From positions 1-56,140 of the forward strand of contig JBFGLM010000032.1 in assembly GCA_041576165.1 (NCBI GenBank): 56,140 bases of DNA, written 5' to 3'. Below, piece after piece: positions 1 through 9,647 of the stretch. How positions within the stretch are numbered: position 1 is the stretch's first letter; every line of letters begins with the position of its first letter. The DNA is from Acidimicrobiia bacterium. GTDB lineage: Bacteria > Actinomycetota > Acidimicrobiia > Spongiisociales > Spongiisociaceae. The translations under genes and the position numbers were made by a program. The notes beneath the pieces were generated by a model, which was not told where the DNA came from, searched no databases, and saw only the letters and a list, made by a program, of their open reading frames with translations.

Positions 1-71
1 ACTGCCCGGGGCAGAATGTGAACCGAGCGCAGATGGCCAGCTTCATCGCCCGGGCGCTCGGCCTGGTCTGA
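1..71 (+). CDS. 3' end of an S-layer homology (SLH) domain protein (partial, starts before window)
   Basis: Frame 3 reads CPGQNVNRAQMASFIARALGLV-stop, resembling the SLH motif 'P...TRAQMASF..RAL'. Confidence 0.65.
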   Translation, partial: CPGQNVNRAQMASFIARALGLV

Positions 72-454
72 GCCGGCGCCCCCGATGAACAGCAACCGCG
101 CAAGGCAGTGCGGTACGGTGAGCTGCGGCGGCGTTGTGTCGCGGTGCTGGTTCCAGACTGCTCCATGACGTAGCTCGAGCCTGCTGTCCGGCTGCCGCCA
201 TATCCCCTGCGCGGGTCGGCGTCAAACCTGAAGATGTGCTGCTGCTGCTCCGTGGCTGGCGAGGCGCGGTCCGGGACGGTAGGTACAAAAGGACATGCCG
301 GCGGCCACTGGCCGGCCCCGCCTCGCGTCGGGGCCCGGGACGCGATCTCCGGTGGGCCCACACCGGAACAGATGGTCCCGCGCACCCGGTCAAGCTGCGC
401 GGATGAAACCGGGATTTTCCAACTCGGCCCTGATAGTGTCTCGGTGGGGGATGC

Positions 455-925
455 ATGGTCGAGAACCGCCTTCGATTGGTTTCAGTGACCGTCGCCGGTC
501 ACGCAGCCTCGGGCGTATCGGTCATTGTCGCTGACGGCGGGAATGAGGTCGTCGGTGCTGCGGCCGGTATTGGCGGGGCTGTCGAGCGCACTGCTGCCCG
601 CGCCACACTGCGGGCGGTTGAGTCGTTGACGGGCGAGCCTCTCCACGTCGTCGCCGTTTCAGCCGTCGAGCTGGGCGAGATCGACGTCGCAGTCGTGTCG
701 GTGCGATTCGGCACCGAACTGATGATCGGGACCGCGGAGATCGGCATCCGCACTGCCGCCGAAGCTTTCTCGCGGGCCACGCTCGACGCAGTCAATCGGA
801 TCATCGGCGGGGCTGAGGACGCCGTCCGGCAGCGCCGCCACCAGTTGGTCTACAGGTCCGACGAGCCGGCCCCAGGATCAGGCCTCGGGCAGAATTCGGC
901 GAATCAACACGTCCGAGACGAGTGA
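455..925 (+). CDS. Hypothetical protein, possibly a LeuA regulatory (allosteric) domain-like alpha/beta fold
   Basis: 156 aa ORF with a duplicated helix motif (ARATLRAV / SRATLDAVNR); overlaps the aidB 3' end by 48 bp. Confidence 0.55.
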   Translation: MVENRLRLVSVTVAGHAASGVSVIVADGGNEVVGAAAGIGGAVERTAARATLRAVESLTGEPLHVVAVSAVELGEIDVAVVSVRFGTELMIGTAEIGIRTAAEAFSRATLDAVNRIIGGAEDAVRQRRHQLVYRSDEPAPGSGLGQNSANQHVRDE

Positions 926-2512
926 CGGATCGAGCGCACCGAGTTGATGGCCGGCGCCATCACCCAGTCGAGACACCACGTAGGCACGGGAGACATCGTC
1001 GGGGGCGTGGCGGACAAGTTCGGCTGCTGCCATGGTGGTCGCGATCATGCTGGCGATACGCCGCCCTCCCGCCTCCGCGCCTTCACCCGGACCGGAGACG
1101 ATATCGAGTAGCTCGTCGATGGCCCTATCGAGTTCCGGATGACGTCCGGCGACGGCAGCGAGTTCGGCCTCGAACATGTCTCGAGCGTGCGGGGTCCGGG
1201 TCAGCGCTCGCAGCACGTCCAAAGCCATCACGTTGCCTGAACCTTCCCAGATCGAGTTGAGCGGGCTCTCCCGGAACAAGCGGGGCAGCATGGACTCTTC
1301 GACGTACCCGTTTCCCCCCAGACACTCGAGCGCCTCCGCAACAACCGGGGTGCAGCGTTTGGTCACCCAGAATTTGGCCGCCGGCGTCAGCATCCGCTGA
1401 ACGGTCGCTTCCTCGGTATCGCCCATCCGGAGATCGAACGCGGCTGCCAGCCGGAACATCAATGCTGTGGCCGCTTCCACCTCGAGCGCGAGATCGGCCA
1501 GGACGTTGCGCATGAGGGCGTGATCAATCAGTTTCGTGCCGAACACCATCCGGTGCCGAGTGTGGTGGGCCGCTTCGGTGGCGGCGCGGCGCATTAGAGC
1601 CGTTGATCCGATCACGCAGTCCAACCTGGTGTGCGTCACCATCTCGATGATGGTGGGGACCCCACGGCCCTCTTCGCCGATCAGCCACGCGAGTGCGTTC
1701 TCGAAGCGGACTTCGCTGGAGGCATTGGAACGATTGCCGAGCTTGTCCTTCAAACGGTCGATGCGGAGACCATTCCCAGACCCGTCGGGCTGGCGGCGGG
1801 GGAGCAGAAAGCAGCTGAGGCCCCCCGCGGCCTGAGCCAGCACGAGGAAAGCGTCGCACATCGGCGCCGAGCAGAACCACTTGTGCCCGTCCACCGTGTA
1901 CAAGCCCCCAGGTCCGCCGCCGTTGAGCGCACGCGCCGACGTGGTGTTGGCCCGGACGTCGGTGCCACCCTGGCGTTCCGTCATGGCCATACCCACCAGA
2001 GCTGTGCCTTTCCAAGCCGCCGGCACGCCGGCGGGGTCATAGGCGCGATCGATCACCAGCGGTAGCCATTCCTTGGCAATCTCCGGCTGTGCCTGCAACG
2101 CTGGAACCGACGAATAGGTCATTGAAATGGGACAGCCGTGGCCCGCCTCGTTCTGGCTGGCGAGGTGAAACAAGACCGCCCGGGCCGTATGTGCGCCCGG
2201 CCGGTCGTTCTCCCACGGTAGGGAGTGCAACCCGAACCCGAGCGACGTCTCGAGCAGGGCGTGCCACGCCGGGTGGAATACGACCTCATCAATCCGTTCG
2301 CCGGACCGGTCATAGGTGCGCAGTTCGGGCGCGTAGCGATTGGCCGCGGCCCCCGCCTCGATCATGTCGGGCTGGCCCATGAGTGCGCCCAACTCTCTAG
2401 CCACATCGGTTGCCCATGAGGCGTCCGCTCGGGCCAGACCAGCGGCCAGCGCCGGATCGCTGTCAAACAGATTCCACGATTCGAGCGGCGGCGATTGGTT
2501 GGCGGACGTCAT
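878..2512 (-). CDS. aidB: AidB-like acyl-CoA dehydrogenase
   Basis: NQSPPL N-terminus, CPISMT, GMAMTERQGGTDV, GHKWFCSAP, KLGNRSNASSEV, LGGNGYVEE and NSIWEGSGN motifs. Confidence 0.9.
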   Translation of the reverse strand: MTSANQSPPLESWNLFDSDPALAAGLARADASWATDVARELGALMGQPDMIEAGAAANRYAPELRTYDRSGERIDEVVFHPAWHALLETSLGFGLHSLPWENDRPGAHTARAVLFHLASQNEAGHGCPISMTYSSVPALQAQPEIAKEWLPLVIDRAYDPAGVPAAWKGTALVGMAMTERQGGTDVRANTTSARALNGGGPGGLYTVDGHKWFCSAPMCDAFLVLAQAAGGLSCFLLPRRQPDGSGNGLRIDRLKDKLGNRSNASSEVRFENALAWLIGEEGRGVPTIIEMVTHTRLDCVIGSTALMRRAATEAAHHTRHRMVFGTKLIDHALMRNVLADLALEVEAATALMFRLAAAFDLRMGDTEEATVQRMLTPAAKFWVTKRCTPVVAEALECLGGNGYVEESMLPRLFRESPLNSIWEGSGNVMALDVLRALTRTPHARDMFEAELAAVAGRHPELDRAIDELLDIVSGPGEGAEAGGRRIASMIATTMAAAELVRHAPDDVSRAYVVSRLGDGAGHQLGALDPSLVSDVLIRRILPEA

Positions 2513-2552
2513 GTCCGGCCGAGCCTATTCCGCCTGCCGGGCAACCCGGGCC

Positions 2553-3830
2553 TCAGCTAGCCGGCCGCTCGGCCTTGGGCGAAGTCATGTTCTCGCCATC
2601 GTGGGCAGGACGGGCATGTCCCGACCAGAGTTCGGTCCGCAGCATCAGTGCGGCCACACCCAGGAGGAACACCGGCGCGGCATACGTGAGAGTCTCGAGG
2701 CCAACGAACTCATCGGCCAGCAGGCCCGCGATCACCGCTCCGATCGGAAGCGTGCCCCAGGCGATTGATCGGGACGCGGATGTCACACGTCCCAACAGCG
2801 CGTCGGGGGTCATGGTTTGGCGCATCGTTATGATCGCAATGTTGATCCAGGGAACCCCGATCAGTGCAGCGCCCAGTGAGACGGCAACCCCCGGCACGGT
2901 CCGCTGGAGCGCTGTGGCGAGCGTCCCGAGTCCGAAAACGAACATCCCGATGATCAATGTCCGGCCAAGCCCCAGCCTCTGAATGATCCGCGAAGCGGTG
3001 GCCGCTCCGACCACCCCTCCGGCCCCGAGGGCGCCGAAGACGATGCCGAGCCGCGCAAAGTCCTCGATGCCGAAAACTTCCCGGCCCAGCAGAACAAGCA
3101 TCGACTCGATGAAGGCAACCACGAGATTCGTAGCGGCGGCCGCCAGCGTGGCGGGTTTGAGCACCGGGTGCTGCCACAGATAGCGAAGTCCCTCCTTGAG
3201 CTCGTCTGAGAAGGAGGTTCGCTCCTCTGCTCGTTCCATGACGCGCTGCGCTTTCACGAACATCAGGCTGATCACCGAAGCGATGAACGTCGCCGCGTTG
3301 ATGATGAAGGCGACCGTGAACCCCCATGCCTGGACGATCAAGCCGCCGATAGCCGGCGCCACCACGAATGCGAGTTGCTGTGTGAAGGACAGGCGGGCGT
3401 TAGCCGACGTCACGCGATCCGGCGCAACTACTGCCGGCAGAAACGAGGGCAGTGCTGCGTTGAATCCCGCTGCCAGCGTGCCGACCGCAAAAGACACGAG
3501 GAACAGAATCCAGATGGAAGGAGCACCGCTCGCGGCGAACACAGCCAACATCGCGAATGCCAGCGCCCGTCCTAGGTCGGCAACAAGGGCGGCGGCCCGC
3601 AGCGAGACCCGGTCCAGGAGGACACCGGCGCTGAACCCGAACAACAGCGTCGGGACGTTTTCGGCCGCGAAAACCAGCGCAAAGTCGGTCGCCCGGCTGG
3701 TCAGCACAGACACAAACGCGGGCAGGGTGAAATAGGCGATGTAGTCGCCCAGCTGGGAAATGGCCTGACCCAGCCAGAGCAGGGTGAAGGGCCGGCCGAT
3801 CGGAGGCGAGCGGTGATCCTCGATTGCCAC
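2553..3830 (-). CDS. MFS transporter (DHA3/MFS_3-like efflux)
   Basis: Many hydrophobic segments; FTLLWLGQAISQLGD, GVLLDR and LLGRVTS motifs; GTG at 3830 chosen because TACCCT (-10) lies just upstream. Confidence 0.85.
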   Translation of the reverse strand: MAIEDHRSPPIGRPFTLLWLGQAISQLGDYIAYFTLPAFVSVLTSRATDFALVFAAENVPTLLFGFSAGVLLDRVSLRAAALVADLGRALAFAMLAVFAASGAPSIWILFLVSFAVGTLAAGFNAALPSFLPAVVAPDRVTSANARLSFTQQLAFVVAPAIGGLIVQAWGFTVAFIINAATFIASVISLMFVKAQRVMERAEERTSFSDELKEGLRYLWQHPVLKPATLAAAATNLVVAFIESMLVLLGREVFGIEDFARLGIVFGALGAGGVVGAATASRIIQRLGLGRTLIIGMFVFGLGTLATALQRTVPGVAVSLGAALIGVPWINIAIITMRQTMTPDALLGRVTSASRSIAWGTLPIGAVIAGLLADEFVGLETLTYAAPVFLLGVAALMLRTELWSGHARPAHDGENMTSPKAERPAS

Positions 3831-3961
3831 GGGTAGGCAGGGTAGCGAGCAGGGCGTCCCATGCCCCATTCGCGCCGGGCCGGCCACCGGTCCGGGCGAT
3901 CCGGTGTAGCTGGTCAAGCCGCCGTAACATCCCTAGCCTTGCGGGTCGGGCGAGGAGGGAA

Positions 3962-4267
3962 ATGGCGAAGCCAGCAGAGATACCCCAGCTCGTGACGGAG
4001 CTAGTGGACATGTCCAAGGCGTACCTTCAGCAGGAGACGGTCGATCCGCTGAAGCGGGTGGGACGCTATGCCGGGTTCAGTTTGGCGGGCGGGCTGCTGC
4101 TCGCTATTGGCTGGTTGCTACTCGCTATTGCGTTCGCGCGTTGGGTCACGGATCTGCTTCCCGCAGGTGAACTGTGGGAAGTACTTGCGTATGGAATCGC
4201 TGCAGTCGGTAGCCTGGTGGTTGCCGGCGCGTCGGTGAGCCTAGCCACGAGAGGGGGCGCCTCATGA
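3962..4267 (+). CDS. Small two-TM membrane protein (actinobacterial 'phage holin family'/YhjD-like)
   Basis: GAGGAGG RBS before ATG 3962; YLQQETVDPLK followed by two hydrophobic helices. Confidence 0.7.
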   Translation: MAKPAEIPQLVTELVDMSKAYLQQETVDPLKRVGRYAGFSLAGGLLLAIGWLLLAIAFARWVTDLLPAGELWEVLAYGIAAVGSLVVAGASVSLATRGGAS

Positions 4268-4455
4268 TCGATCGGGATCAGCTGGAATCCAAGGCCAAGG
4301 AGCTGGAGTCGGCGCTCGACCAGACCAGAGACAGTGTTCAGAACACGGCGGTCACTGTCGGCATCGGCCTCGTGGTCCTGCTGGTACTGGCCTTCTTGTG
4401 GGGCCGCCGCCGGGGCAAGAAGGGCGGCGCCGTCGTCGAGGTCTACAAGATCTGA
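4264..4455 (+). CDS. Small tail-anchored membrane protein (DUF3618/ElaB-like)
   Basis: ATGA overlap with upstream gene; coiled-coil N-terminus, one TM helix, basic GRRRGKK tail. Confidence 0.7.
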   Translation: MIDRDQLESKAKELESALDQTRDSVQNTAVTVGIGLVVLLVLAFLWGRRRGKKGGAVVEVYKI

Positions 4456-4470
4456 CCTACGCAGTCGGTC

Positions 4471-4698
4471 TCAGCGTTCGAAGCGGATCGGCGTACGGCC
4501 TTTGGCGGTGACGCGCAGCGCTTTCGCCTGGCCAGGTTTGATCGTGATTCGGGTGACTTGCTTGCGCTTTGACGGGCGCCGGCGCAGCCCCAACGCCGCC
4601 AGCAACAAGCCACCGAGCAACACCGCAGTGTCCCCCTCGCGCAGCCCCCGAAAAACGCGGGTCAGTCCCAACTGAAGGAGATTCACGATCGGCAGCAT
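4471..4698 (-). CDS. Small basic membrane protein, hypothetical
   Basis: 75 aa ORF with one hydrophobic segment followed by an Arg/Lys-rich tail. Confidence 0.55.
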   Translation of the reverse strand: MLPIVNLLQLGLTRVFRGLREGDTAVLLGGLLLAALGLRRRPSKRKQVTRITIKPGQAKALRVTAKGRTPIRFER

Positions 4699-4800
4699 AT
4701 CGGCTGGCTGCCCCCGTCGAAACTCTGTGCTTCGACGGAGGTCCGGCTGGGTTGTCCAGTCGCCTTCTCGATCGCTCCGTACGGCTCTAGCATCTCCTCT

Positions 4801-4902
4801 ATGCGGAAGGACAATTTCGTCAGGATCATCGTCTGGGTGGTCGTGGTCGGCATGGTCATCTCGACGATCGGTGTCGGGGCACTGGCACTTTTGTCCGGGT
4901 GA
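4801..4902 (+). CDS. 33-aa single-TM small protein (DUF4044/Prli42-like pattern), not in ORF track
   Basis: MRKDNFVRIIVWVVVVGMVISTIGVGALALLSG; TAGCAT -10 ends 7 nt before ATG; stop overlaps trmI start (GTGA). Confidence 0.65.
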   Translation: MRKDNFVRIIVWVVVVGMVISTIGVGALALLSG

Positions 4903-5684
4903 CCGACACGTTCGCCGCCGGCGATGCCGTGTTGCTCTACGACGAGCGCGACCGTCAGTACCTTCTGCATCTACGCCCCGACGGTATGTTCCAGTTCCAC
5001 CAGGGTTCCATCCCGCATGCCGGCATCATCGGGCAGCCCAATGGCACCACCTTGACCTCATCGGGCGGGGCGAAGCTCGTGGCGTTACGCCCCCGTCTGG
5101 CCGACTTCGTCCTCCGCATGAAGCGCGGCGCCCAGGTCGTCTATCCCAAAGACACCGGAGCGATCCTCGTCTATGGCGATATCCATCCGGGAGCCTCCGT
5201 CGTCGAGGCCGGGACCGGATCGGGTGCGCTGGCGATGGCGCTGGCCCGAGCAGTCGGACCCCACGGCCGGGTGGTCAGCGTCGAACGACGCGAGGACCAC
5301 GCCGCCCACGCCCGAACCACCATCGAGCGTTTCTTTGGTGAAGTGCCGCCGCAACTCGATCTCCGGGTGGGAGCAGTCGAAGAGGTGCTCGCGGAGACGG
5401 TCCCCGACCGGGTGGTTCTCGATGTGCCAGAGCCTTGGCATGCGGCCGACATAGCCGCCGAGCAACTGGCGCCGGGCGGCGTGTTCTGCGCCTACTTGCC
5501 CACCGTTCCCCAGCTCGAAGCGCTGCACGCGCGGTTGGAGAAGCTCGAGACGTACCACGACGCAGAGACTTTCGAGATTCTCATCCGTAGCTGGAACGTG
5601 CGGGGACGCTCGGTGAGGCCGTCGCACCAGATGGTGGGCCACACGGGTTTCATAACGACTGCTCGGCGGATTCTCCCTCGGTGA
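4899..5684 (+). CDS. trmI: tRNA (adenine58-N1)-methyltransferase
   Basis: MKRGAQVVYPKD, VVEAGTGSGAL SAM motif, LDVPEPW and GHTGF motifs; usual position upstream of arc. Confidence 0.93.
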   Translation: MTDTFAAGDAVLLYDERDRQYLLHLRPDGMFQFHQGSIPHAGIIGQPNGTTLTSSGGAKLVALRPRLADFVLRMKRGAQVVYPKDTGAILVYGDIHPGASVVEAGTGSGALAMALARAVGPHGRVVSVERREDHAAHARTTIERFFGEVPPQLDLRVGAVEEVLAETVPDRVVLDVPEPWHAADIAAEQLAPGGVFCAYLPTVPQLEALHARLEKLETYHDAETFEILIRSWNVRGRSVRPSHQMVGHTGFITTARRILPR

Positions 5685-5712
5685 CCGATTGGCGGATCCG
5701 ACCAGAAACAGA

Positions 5713-5735
5713 AGGACCGGGCGCCGCCCGGTCCT
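5713..5735. terminator. Hairpin between convergent trmI and ferredoxin
   Basis: 10-bp perfect inverted repeat AGGACCGGGC/GCCCGGTCCT. Confidence 0.6.
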
Positions 5736-5758
5736 GCGTGAAATCCTTCTCCGAGCCC

Positions 5759-6007
5759 TCAGTCGGGTTCGATGAAAATGCACTCCCCGGGGCACTCTTC
5801 AGCCGACTCGATGGTGATGTCTTCCTGGCCCGCCGGCACCTTGGCCACGCCGGCTGCACCCTCGGGGTGGCCCTCCGCTTGAGCGAATATCGTGTCGCCT
5901 TCCCGCACGTACGCGAGTCCATCGTCCAGAAGTACGAAGACGTCGGGAGCGATCTCTTCGCACAGACCATCACCAGTACACAGGTCCTGGTCGATCCAAA
6001 CCTTCAT
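5759..6007 (-). CDS. Monocluster ferredoxin (CxxDxxC...CP)
   Basis: CTGDGLCEEIAPDVF ... ECPGECI motifs. Confidence 0.9.
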   Translation of the reverse strand: MKVWIDQDLCTGDGLCEEIAPDVFVLLDDGLAYVREGDTIFAQAEGHPEGAAGVAKVPAGQEDITIESAEECPGECIFIEPD

Positions 6008-6228
6008 TTTGACTCCGTTGGTGACGATGTACTGAGCGATAGTACACGGTCACGGGCGGAACCCGGCGGCTGCGACAGCCAGTTTTCCGAGCCAGTAGAC
6101 GCTGTGCCGGGGCCGTTGCCTGGTGGTGAGACGCCCGCTCTGAGCGAGGTCGCGGAAACGGACTTCGTGAGTGTGTCAGTCAACTGCGAGGTGGCCGTAT
6201 ACTGCGATTTCAACGGGTGCAGTGATGG

Positions 6229-7971
6229 ATGATGTTCGAAGATCGAGATCGACAGGAGCATGAACGGCAGCTAGCTGCTCTCCACGGGACGATTCAATCG
6301 CTCGAGGAGGAGGTGGCGGTGCTGCGGCGGCGACTGCAGGACGCACCGCGAAGGGTGCGGATCCTGGAGGAGCGCCTCCTCGAAACCAAAGGCCAGCTGG
6401 CCCAAGCCGCTCAGCAGAACGAAAAGCTCTCGGCAGTTCTCGAAGAGGCGCGCGAGCAGCTTGCGGTCTTGCGGGAGGAGGTCGAGAAGCTCACCACCCC
6501 GCCGAACCCGTTCGCCACGGTTCTCGGTATCAATCCGGACGGCACTGTCGATGTGATGGCCGGCGGTCGCAAGCTTCGCGTCAACGCCCAACCCACGATC
6601 GAAGTCAAACAGCTACAGCGCGGACAAGAGGTGTTGTTGAACGACTCGATGAACGTGATCGACGTGCGCGAGTTCGACGTGTTGGGAGAGGTCGTCACCG
6701 TCAAGGAGTGCCTCGATGACCGCCGGGTGCTGGTGCTGGCCCACGCCGATGAAGAGCGAGTCGTCGAGCGGGCCGAACCGGTGTTCACCGAAAAGCTGCG
6801 TGCCGGTGACCACGTCCGGCTGGATTCCCGCACCGGGCTGGTCTACGAGAAGCTCGCCCGGCCGGAGGTCGAAGAGCTGGTGCTGGAAGAGGTCCCTGAC
6901 GTGACGTACCAGCAGGTTGGCGGCTTGGCGTCTCAGATCGAGGCGATCCGTGACGCAGTCGAGCTCCCGTACATCCACCGAGATCTCTTCGTGGAATACG
7001 ATCTCAAGGCCCCCAAAGGCATCCTGCTGTACGGCCCGCCCGGATGCGGCAAGACACTGATCGCCAAGGCCGTCGCCAACAGCCTGGCCCTGGCAGTCGC
7101 CGACCGCACCGGCAATGAAGACGCCCGGTCGTATTTTCTCAACATCAAAGGCCCCGAGCTGCTGAACAAGTACGTGGGCGAGACCGAGCGACAGATACGC
7201 CTCATCTTCCAGCGCGCCAAGGAGAAATCGGACGAGGGCGTGCCGGTCATTGTCTTCTTCGACGAGATGGACTCGCTGTTCCGGACCCGGGGCAGCGGCA
7301 TCTCCTCCGACGTCGAATCGACCATCGTGCCCCAGCTGCTGAGCGAGTTGGACGGTGTGGAGAGCCTCAAGAACGTGATCGTCATCGGCGCCTCCAACCG
7401 GGAGGATCTGATCGACCCCGCCATCCTGCGTCCCGGCCGCCTCGACGTGAAGATCAAAATCGCCCGGCCAAATGCCGACGCCGCCCGACAGATCTTCAAG
7501 ATCTACCTCAGCACCGATCTGCCCTTCGACGAGGACGCGCTGGCGGGGGTCGGGGGTGACCGGGCCACGTTGGTGGAGAACTTCGTTGAGGCGACCGTGA
7601 ACCGGATGTACTCAACCGACGATGCGAACAAGTTCCTCGAGGTGACCTACGCCAACGGCGACCGGGAAACCCTGTATTTCAAGGATTTCTCATCGGGCGC
7701 AATGATCGAGAACATCGTCCGCCGCGCCAAGAAAGACGCAATCAAGCGACGGATCGAGGGCGGTGCGAGCGGGATCGCACGCGACGATCTGCTCACCGCG
7801 ATCAAACAGGAGTTCCGTGAGCATGAGGATCTCCCGAACACCACGAACCCCGACGATTGGGCGAAGATTTCGGGCAAGAAGGGCGAACGCATCGTGTATG
7901 TGCGCACCCTGATCGAAGGTGAGGACTCCGCCCGGACTATCGAGGCCATCGGCACGGGTCAGTACCTCTGA
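6229..7971 (+). CDS. arc: Proteasome AAA ATPase ARC/Mpa
   Basis: N-terminal coiled coil, GPPGCGKT Walker A, FFDEMD Walker B, RPGRLD, C-terminal GQYL. Confidence 0.97.
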   Translation: MMFEDRDRQEHERQLAALHGTIQSLEEEVAVLRRRLQDAPRRVRILEERLLETKGQLAQAAQQNEKLSAVLEEAREQLAVLREEVEKLTTPPNPFATVLGINPDGTVDVMAGGRKLRVNAQPTIEVKQLQRGQEVLLNDSMNVIDVREFDVLGEVVTVKECLDDRRVLVLAHADEERVVERAEPVFTEKLRAGDHVRLDSRTGLVYEKLARPEVEELVLEEVPDVTYQQVGGLASQIEAIRDAVELPYIHRDLFVEYDLKAPKGILLYGPPGCGKTLIAKAVANSLALAVADRTGNEDARSYFLNIKGPELLNKYVGETERQIRLIFQRAKEKSDEGVPVIVFFDEMDSLFRTRGSGISSDVESTIVPQLLSELDGVESLKNVIVIGASNREDLIDPAILRPGRLDVKIKIARPNADAARQIFKIYLSTDLPFDEDALAGVGGDRATLVENFVEATVNRMYSTDDANKFLEVTYANGDRETLYFKDFSSGAMIENIVRRAKKDAIKRRIEGGASGIARDDLLTAIKQEFREHEDLPNTTNPDDWAKISGKKGERIVYVRTLIEGEDSARTIEAIGTGQYL

Positions 7972-7974
7972 CGT

Positions 7975-9453
7975 ATGGCGATTCCCAAGGTACTCGGTAC
8001 CGAGACCGAGTTCGGGGTCACGATCCGGAACCAACTGGATTTCAATCCGGCACTCGCGTCCGCCCTGGTCGTCAACAGCTACGAGGGCGGCCGTGTCCGG
8101 GTGCAGTGGTCATTTGAGGAGGAGTCGCCCGGCCGGGATGCCCGCGGCTTCGGGTTCGAGACGCACGGCGTCAGCGACATCGATACAGGCCTGGTGAACG
8201 TCGTCCTGACCAACGGCGCCCGCCTGTATGTCGATCATGCGCACCCCGAGTACTCAACACCGGAATGTGCGGACCCCTATCAGGCTGCGTTGTACGACAA
8301 AGCGGGAGAGACGGTTATCGCCCACGCCGCCCGCAACGCCCAGGTGATGCTGCGCGAGGGCGAGGACCTGCGTCTCCACAAGAACAACAGCGACGGCAAG
8401 GGCAACTCATACGGGGCGCATGAGAACTACCTGATGTCACGCGATCTGCCCTTCTCCGACATCATCCAATACGCCACCACCTGGATGATCACCCGTCAGA
8501 TCTTCACCGGATCGGGGAAGATCGGTTCCGAGAACGGCCGGCCAGACATCGCGTATCAACTCACGCAGCGGGCCGACTTCTTCGAGGAGGAGGTCGGGCT
8601 CGAGACAACCCTCAAACGGCCCATAATCAACACACGCGATGAACCGCATGGTGATGTGGCCAAATACCGCAGGCTGCACGTGATCATCGGTGATGCCAAC
8701 ATGTCGGAGGTCCAGACCTTCGTCAAGCTGGGGACCACCGCACTGCTGCTGAGTGCGGTCGAGGACGGGGCGCTTCCCGAAACGTTCATGCTCGCCAACC
8801 CGGTTGAGGCGTGTTGGGCGGTGAGTCATGACCTGTCGCTGCGGCGACCGATCGAGTTGGAGAGCGGGGTCGGCATCCGTCCGTTGGAGCTTCAGTTCCG
8901 ATATCTCGAAGCGCTGACCAAGTACGTGGAACAAGAGATGGATGGCGAGATCTGGACCCGGGTTCTCAACGAATGGGAATCCATCCTCACCGACCTGGAA
9001 ACCGACCCGATGCGGGCCGAGGACCGGCTCGATTGGGTAGCCAAATACCGCACGCTGGATCGGTATCGACAGCGAGACGGCCTCGAGTGGGACAACCCGA
9101 AACTCGAGATGATCGCGCTCCAGTACCACGACATAGAACCCAGCCGCGGCTTGTACTATCGGCTCGCCGGCCGCGGCAGCATCCGGCGTCTGTTCACAGA
9201 TGAAGAGGTGGCATCCGCGGTGGTCCAGCCGCCCGAAACCACCCGGGCCTACTTCCGGGGCAGGTGCGTAGCGCAGTACCCCGAGTCGCTGGTGGCGGCC
9301 AACTGGGATTCTCTGGTCTTCGACACCGGCGAATCAACGCTGAAACGGGTGCCTATGATGGAACCACTGCGTGGCACGCGAGATCATGTCGCGGAGCTGC
9401 TCGACAAGGCGCCCGACGCCGCCGAGCTGATTGAAGCCTTAGGAGGTACGTGA
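7975..9453 (+). CDS. dop: Pup deamidase/depupylase Dop
   Basis: [38 protein letters not shown] and RLHVIIGD motifs; directly upstream of pup. Confidence 0.95.
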   Translation: MAIPKVLGTETEFGVTIRNQLDFNPALASALVVNSYEGGRVRVQWSFEEESPGRDARGFGFETHGVSDIDTGLVNVVLTNGARLYVDHAHPEYSTPECADPYQAALYDKAGETVIAHAARNAQVMLREGEDLRLHKNNSDGKGNSYGAHENYLMSRDLPFSDIIQYATTWMITRQIFTGSGKIGSENGRPDIAYQLTQRADFFEEEVGLETTLKRPIINTRDEPHGDVAKYRRLHVIIGDANMSEVQTFVKLGTTALLLSAVEDGALPETFMLANPVEACWAVSHDLSLRRPIELESGVGIRPLELQFRYLEALTKYVEQEMDGEIWTRVLNEWESILTDLETDPMRAEDRLDWVAKYRTLDRYRQRDGLEWDNPKLEMIALQYHDIEPSRGLYYRLAGRGSIRRLFTDEEVASAVVQPPETTRAYFRGRCVAQYPESLVAANWDSLVFDTGESTLKRVPMMEPLRGTRDHVAELLDKAPDAAELIEALGGT

Positions 9454-9647
9454 TGGCTGCCCAGGAGCGCAAGCACACGCAACGCACCGACAGAGAACAA
9501 GAGGTCGAAGAGGCCGAAGCCTCCGAGGCCGTTGACGAGTCGGACACCACCGACAAGATCGATGAGCTGTTGGATGAGATCGACTCTGTGCTCGAAGAGA
9601 ATGCCGAAGAGTTCGTGAAGAACTACGTCCAGAAGGGCGGAGAGTGA
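9453..9647 (+). CDS. pup: Prokaryotic ubiquitin-like protein Pup (GGE terminus)
   Basis: DELLDEIDSVLEENAEEFVKNYVQKGGE; AGGAGG RBS. Confidence 0.97.
   Translation: MAAQERKHTQRTDREQEVEEAEASEAVDESDTTDKIDELLDEIDSVLEENAEEFVKNYVQKGGE

Noticed and set aside
72-454. Possible structured ncRNA or riboswitch (stems at 259-266/319-326 and 348-354/361-367)
   Set aside because: Short stems are expected in GC-rich DNA and I recognise no riboswitch motif; an Rfam/Infernal search is needed.
1170-1185. LexA-box-like TCGAAC-ATGT-CTCGAG
   Set aside because: It lies inside the aidB coding region and the second half-site does not match GTTCGA.
3962-4267. 'Holin' as prophage evidence
   Set aside because: There are no phage genes nearby and this is a common chromosomal membrane-protein pair.
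6174-6213. TGTCAG upstream of arc as a PafBC site
   Set aside because: Its distance to the TATACT -10 is far greater than the required 10 nt.
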